A stretch of 20,878 nucleotides of DNA, taken from NCBI GenBank assembly GCA_043812975.1, contig JBDRLP010000049.1:1-20878 (forward strand), in the 5' to 3' direction. This stretch comes from Candidatus Iainarchaeum sp. Its GTDB lineage: Archaea; Iainarchaeota; Iainarchaeia; Iainarchaeales; Iainarchaeaceae. This document shows positions 16,773-20,878 of this stretch, one piece after another; the stretch's first letter is position 1; each line of letters opens with the position of its first letter. Made by a program: the position numbers and the translations under genes. A model generated the notes under the pieces. That model was given only the letters and a program-made list of their open reading frames with translations, was not told the DNA's origin and did no database searches.

Positions 16773-17618
16773 ATGATGATGAATAAAGCAACAGGATTAT
16801 TCATTATTAGTATTTTACTGGTTTCAGGTTTCGTGTTTTCCCAGAATGATCTTTCTACTCAGATAAATTCTCAGACCAAAGAATTTTTCCACAGGTTTTC
16901 TGAAAACAATGCTGAATCTCATATAATAACTACTGAAGAACTGGCTTCCTCTAATTCTATAAGGGCTATTGCAAGTGATATTACTCCTTCTAATGTTTGT
17001 TTAAGTCTGGGAAAATATTCTTCTTCTCCTGAATGGTTTTTAGGATCGGAAGGAAAAACTATTCGTTATCTGAAAGAGTTTGATCAGGAACTTGAATTTT
17101 TTGTTTTTTGTGAAAAAGGGTCAAAATTAAAACAGGCAGCTTCTTTTTTTCCGGAAGAAAAAATTAATGAATTTTACATTTCTCATTGTCCGCAGCTAGC
17201 TTCTGATAATGATGAAGTTGCATGTACTGTTATTCTTGCTAATGCTATTCCTATTTCAGGTCAGGACTTATCAGTTTCTTATCAGTTATTTTTTCTGTTT
17301 GGAATTTTGGTAATTTTCCCGTTGCTTTTCCTTTTCAGTTCCAAAAATATAAACGTCAAATTATTCAATTTGATAAAAACATTGTTCCTGCTAATGATTT
17401 TTGTAGTGTTTTATTTATTCAGCATGCTTCTTTCAGGCATTACAACTGTTTTGCTTTTGTTCTTTTTCTTTGTACAGATTAATCTGTCTATTGCTCCGCT
17501 CATTCTTGGTTTGTATGACGATGAAACTTCTTTCTTAAAACTCGTGATAAAACTAATATTGCTTTTAGAAACAGTAGGGCTTATAGTTGCACTCATATTG
17601 ATTGCGCCACTTTTATGA
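16773..17618 (+). CDS. Hypothetical membrane protein (signal peptide, 4-Cys ectodomain, about 4 C-terminal TM helices)
   Basis: NK followed by a hydrophobic N-terminus, a ~140-aa polar domain with four Cys, then four hydrophobic segments. No family recognised. Confidence 0.75.
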   Translation: MMMNKATGLFIISILLVSGFVFSQNDLSTQINSQTKEFFHRFSENNAESHIITTEELASSNSIRAIASDITPSNVCLSLGKYSSSPEWFLGSEGKTIRYLKEFDQELEFFVFCEKGSKLKQAASFFPEEKINEFYISHCPQLASDNDEVACTVILANAIPISGQDLSVSYQLFFLFGILVIFPLLFLFSSKNINVKLFNLIKTLFLLMIFVVFYLFSMLLSGITTVLLLFFFFVQINLSIAPLILGLYDDETSFLKLVIKLILLLETVGLIVALILIAPLL

Positions 17619-17628
17619 TTATTGACTG

Positions 17629-20600
17629 TTATTTTTTGAGATTCTTTGTAAGTTCTATTAACCCTTTTATTTCCTTATCAATTCTGGACACTATTGCATT
17701 GTCAAAAAACTTAAATTCCCTGAGATTTACTGCAATTTTTGCCTTTGCTATTCTGTTTTTCACGTATTGAATTCTTTTTTCAAGTCCGGAAGTTTGAACT
17801 CCTTTCATTTTCTTATCCTCTAAAATACCATCCAGGCTTTTCATGTCTTTATTTACAGGATCAAACAAGTTCTGTCTCCTACTAAATGACATTCTCTCCT
17901 GAACTCTTCTGTTTGGCTTGGCTTCATTTTTTCCATCTACAGTGAAAGTACCTCTTGCCTGCTTTTTTTCCTGTTCATAATCAACTTCCGCATTAAAATA
18001 ATATGTTCCTCTAATGGCTCCTATTGGAATTATAGCTTTTTTCACCAGATTTTCAGATTCATTGTGGTCTAAGGAAATATTTGAACTAGCCTCTCCTATA
18101 AGTTCATTATTTGGTCCTTCTACCCACCAATTAATCGTAACATTTTGGTCATAGTCTCCTTTGTTGGAAATTGTCACCATACTATTGATAAGATTACCCG
18201 GTTTCACTGTTTTTTCCAGACACTCCAAACTTAAATCAAATCTTCTTCTGCCATTTACTTCAAATGCCTCAACTATTCTGCTGTGTGTTCTTGTCTGGTC
18301 TGTTGAACCAACTTTTAATTCTATTTTATGAGTGCCTGCAACAGCAGGAGTCCATTGTTCACCCAAAGCAATTTCCTGCTTATCTGTCTGAATTGTTTCA
18401 ATTACCTCGCTGGCTGAAAATTCTATTTCATTCCCCTTAAATATTTCAATAAACACAAGAAGTTTTGGTTTCTGATTTCCCAAACCTGAAACATTTATTT
18501 TCAGCGGGGCTGAATTTCCCACTGATGGAGTTTTGTCAAATTTCCAGCTCTCAATAGTTATCATTCCCCTGAAAGCAGGGTGAAGTTCTCTTCCATGAAT
18601 TATTGCTTTTCTTTCTGCTCTTGTATACAGGTGCCTTGCTTCAACTATAACTGTTCGCTTAAATCTTGAGTAATACTCATTTGACAGTGACCAAAGCACC
18701 GGTGCCAAAACCTTAATTGCTGTGCCAAGAGAAATTAACAATGAGGCAATCGATTCGAAAAAACTCACAATAGCCATCCAAAGCTTTTCAGCATGGCTCC
18801 TCAAAATACTAATGCTACTCTCCAGTCTCAGTATGACTTCATCCAAAGCCCCTACTTCTTTGAGGGCTTCTTGGCCTTTTAATTTCAAAATAGCTTTTCT
18901 CACGCTTCTTGATAGAGACAAAGTTAATAAAATTAAAACTATTACTAATAAAATCAACCCTGTTATAAAAAACACAATTGTTGTCAGGATACGTATAATT
19001 GACAGTTCAGTGGATGCTTTCAAGTTTCTTGTAATGTCCATTAACCTGCGCTCTATTTCAATTATTTTCTCACCCAAGCCTATAAATTGACCTGTAGTAG
19101 TTTGTTCTTTTGCGTCAGAAATCATTTGTCTAATTTCACGTATTTCCTGTTCTAGCTCATCTATTGATATTCCAGCTGCTTTTTTCTCCTCTATAATCGA
19201 ATCCAGTTTGCGCAGTTTTTCCTCTATTGAATCAAGCTTTTTCTTATAATAATCCTCATTTTTTTCCACTGTAAAACTACATGAGCCCTGTCTTTTTTCT
19301 CCCTCGAAATCAACTTCAGCATAGAAAGTATAAATCCCTGTCAAAGCATCATCAGGAATATATGCCTGCTTCTCAAGTTTCCTTGAATCATCAGTCTGAA
19401 CTGCAATAGGAATGTTTCCGAACTCAATCACATTGAAATTTGGATCTTCCACTCTCCAGCTCAAATCAACATCCTGGTAATAATCTCCTAAGTTTAAGAG
19501 TGTAATCAACGCATGAGCATCACTATCAGGAATAACAACTTTTTCCAGGCACTCTACTGCAACATCATACCTCAATTCTCCAGTAATTCCGAATGCTTCT
19601 GATAATTCAGTGAAAACAGTTCTTCCATTTATAGACATTAGTTTTATTTCTATAATATAAGTTCCAAGCTCGTTGGGAACCCACTCATTTTCAAGGACAA
19701 CTTTTCTTGTTTCATTCTCATTCAATATTCCTATATTTTCACTTGTTAAAAATTCTAATTCGCCAAGCCTTGTAATATTTATTATTACAATAACTCTTGT
19801 TGCAACAGCATGATTTGATATTGTCAGACTTATAGGAGTGGGTTTTCCGACATCAGCGCTTTTGTCAATGCTCCAGTCATCAATTGATAGGGAAACTGAT
19901 CCGCCTCCGCCTCCACCAAATCCGCCGCCGCTGATTCCTCCTGTGGCTCCTCCAGTGCCTCCAGTATCGCCTCCGTTATTTCCTCCATTATTGTCATCAT
20001 CGTCATCATCATCGTCAGTAAAAGTTGTTAAAACATTAGACGAGTTAATATCTGCTGAATAATTAACAGGACTGGAATTGTCAAATACTTTCCATGCTGC
20101 GTAATAATTCAAGTTTGCCTGCCCCAATGTATATGTATAGGAGCATTGCCCTGCACTTGCTGTAACCGATGTTGTTTTTGCTATTGCATTTGTGTCTTGC
20201 CTGTGCACATTCAAATCACATCCCTGTACTCCTGAATAAGAATCATTAACATCCACTGTAAACGTGTAGGTTGCGACACTTATTTCAGTTGCAGATGTTG
20301 GTAAGGTGTTGCTTACATTTGGCGCACTCTTATCAATCAAAATATAAATGCGGTTTACATCTTCAGCGTTTGTAACATTGTCTGTTGAATTAAAGTCTAC
20401 TGCCCAGTTTCCGTCTGTGTTGAAGAGTGCATTCAGGTCGATTGCATTGCCCGTTGCGGGGCTTCCTAAACTTATTCCTCCTGTGGAATTCGTGTCTTTA
20501 GTTACTGTTGTTGTGTTGCATCCTGAGTTTGAATCGCTGCATGAAAAGGTAATGTTTGCGTCTGTGCTTTGCCATCCTGTGTTGTAATCTGCTATTGTTG

Positions 20601-20878
20601 TAGGGTTTTTTTTATCTATAAGAACATATTTTGTGGGATGGGTTGTAGTGTTACCGGCCTGATCTGTTGCATTAATATCTAGTGTGTGGTTTCCGTCTGT
20701 TGTGAATAGTGCATTCAAATCAGTGAAATTACTTGTGAATTTATTTCTTTTTCGGTTTTGTAAACTTACATTTTTACCTATCCATGCTTGACTTACATTA
20801 CTATTGGTATCAGTGATTGTGATTTGTACGTTTGCGTCAGTGTTTTGCCATCCTGCATTAACATCTTCTGTTATTACT
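17629..20878 (-). CDS. Giant membrane-anchored cell-surface protein with Ig-like repeats (5' end outside window)
   Basis: The frame stays open from the track's TTG 20718 to the window end (VITEDVNAGWQNTDANVQITITDTNSNV...). Architecture: T/N/D-rich beta repeats, D8/Gly linker, CARDB/Ig-like domains, coiled coil, TM helix, second copy of the module. Confidence 0.9.
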   Translation of the reverse strand, partial: VITEDVNAGWQNTDANVQITITDTNSNVSQAWIGKNVSLQNRKRNKFTSNFTDLNALFTTDGNHTLDINATDQAGNTTTHPTKYVLIDKKNPTTIADYNTGWQSTDANITFSCSDSNSGCNTTTVTKDTNSTGGISLGSPATGNAIDLNALFNTDGNWAVDFNSTDNVTNAEDVNRIYILIDKSAPNVSNTLPTSATEISVATYTFTVDVNDSYSGVQGCDLNVHRQDTNAIAKTTSVTASAGQCSYTYTLGQANLNYYAAWKVFDNSSPVNYSADINSSNVLTTFTDDDDDDDDNNGGNNGGDTGGTGGATGGISGGGFGGGGGGSVSLSIDDWSIDKSADVGKPTPISLTISNHAVATRVIVIINITRLGELEFLTSENIGILNENETRKVVLENEWVPNELGTYIIEIKLMSINGRTVFTELSEAFGITGELRYDVAVECLEKVVIPDSDAHALITLLNLGDYYQDVDLSWRVEDPNFNVIEFGNIPIAVQTDDSRKLEKQAYIPDDALTGIYTFYAEVDFEGEKRQGSCSFTVEKNEDYYKKKLDSIEEKLRKLDSIIEEKKAAGISIDELEQEIREIRQMISDAKEQTTTGQFIGLGEKIIEIERRLMDITRNLKASTELSIIRILTTIVFFITGLILLVIVLILLTLSLSRSVRKAILKLKGQEALKEVGALDEVILRLESSISILRSHAEKLWMAIVSFFESIASLLISLGTAIKVLAPVLWSLSNEYYSRFKRTVIVEARHLYTRAERKAIIHGRELHPAFRGMITIESWKFDKTPSVGNSAPLKINVSGLGNQKPKLLVFIEIFKGNEIEFSASEVIETIQTDKQEIALGEQWTPAVAGTHKIELKVGSTDQTRTHSRIVEAFEVNGRRRFDLSLECLEKTVKPGNLINSMVTISNKGDYDQNVTINWWVEGPNNELIGEASSNISLDHNESENLVKKAIIPIGAIRGTYYFNAEVDYEQEKKQARGTFTVDGKNEAKPNRRVQERMSFSRRQNLFDPVNKDMKSLDGILEDKKMKGVQTSGLEKRIQYVKNRIAKAKIAVNLREFKFFDNAIVSRIDKEIKGLIELTKNLKK
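19900..20016 (-). repeat. Low-complexity coding linker: Asp8 followed by Gly-rich tract
   Basis: DDDDDDDD (19993-20016, mixed GAT/GAC codons), then NNGGNNGGDTGGTGGATGGISGGGFGGGGGG. Confidence 0.9.
20330..20877 (-). repeat. Two tandem ~92-94 aa Ig-like protein repeats
   Basis: DVNAGWQNTDANVQ vs DYNTGWQSTDANIT; DLNALFTTDGNHTLDINATD..YVLIDK vs DLNALFNTDGNWAVDFNSTD..YILIDK. Confidence 0.8.

Noticed and set aside
19993..20016. Trinucleotide microsatellite or phase-variation tract
   Set aside because: Mixed GAT/GAC codons in frame point to selection on a poly-Asp linker. Slippage here would not shift the frame.
248..20587. Many 60-130 aa ORFs in the track (e.g. 1988-2353, 9928-10317, 18722-19090, 19838-20062)
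   Set aside because: All are antisense or off-frame shadows of well-supported genes and have no recognisable motifs.
20716..20718. TTG 20718 as the start of the surface protein
   Set aside because: The frame is open to the window edge, the repeat pattern continues upstream, and no signal peptide follows this codon.
1..20878. CRISPR array, transposase, integrase, defence system or rRNA
   Set aside because: No spaced direct repeats or diagnostic motifs were seen, and nearly all sequence is accounted for by coding genes.

Overview
AT-rich archaeal window. Evidence for archaeal origin: an AglB/STT3 oligosaccharyltransferase, GGTGA-type Shine-Dalgarno motifs and tight gene packing. A DPANN lineage such as Iainarchaeota/Diapherotrites is my inference, not proven. 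Positions 1-16735 form a protein N-glycosylation/surface-glycan locus. It holds a contiguous alg13-alg14 / aglB-aglH core, three GT2 and one GT4 glycosyltransferases, a UPF0104 flippase-like protein, RmlA and RmlB, a Lys-type sugar aminotransferase, a His-type (ColD/RfbH-like) PLP dehydratase, four class I methyltransferases and an HpnJ-like B12-domain radical SAM enzyme. A hypothetical membrane protein follows, then the 3' part of a giant Ig-repeat surface protein that runs off the window end. Main signals: (1) strong D-x-N motif enrichment in the surface protein next to an AglB with deviant active-site motifs, suggesting a possible Asp(-2)-dependent sequon; (2) an HpnJ/calditol-synthase-like radical SAM enzyme inside a glycan locus; (3) a GC-rich multi-hairpin element between alg14 and alg13; (4) a duplicated ~300-aa module flanking the membrane anchor of the surface protein. 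No CRISPR array, rRNA, canonical tRNA or transposase was seen.
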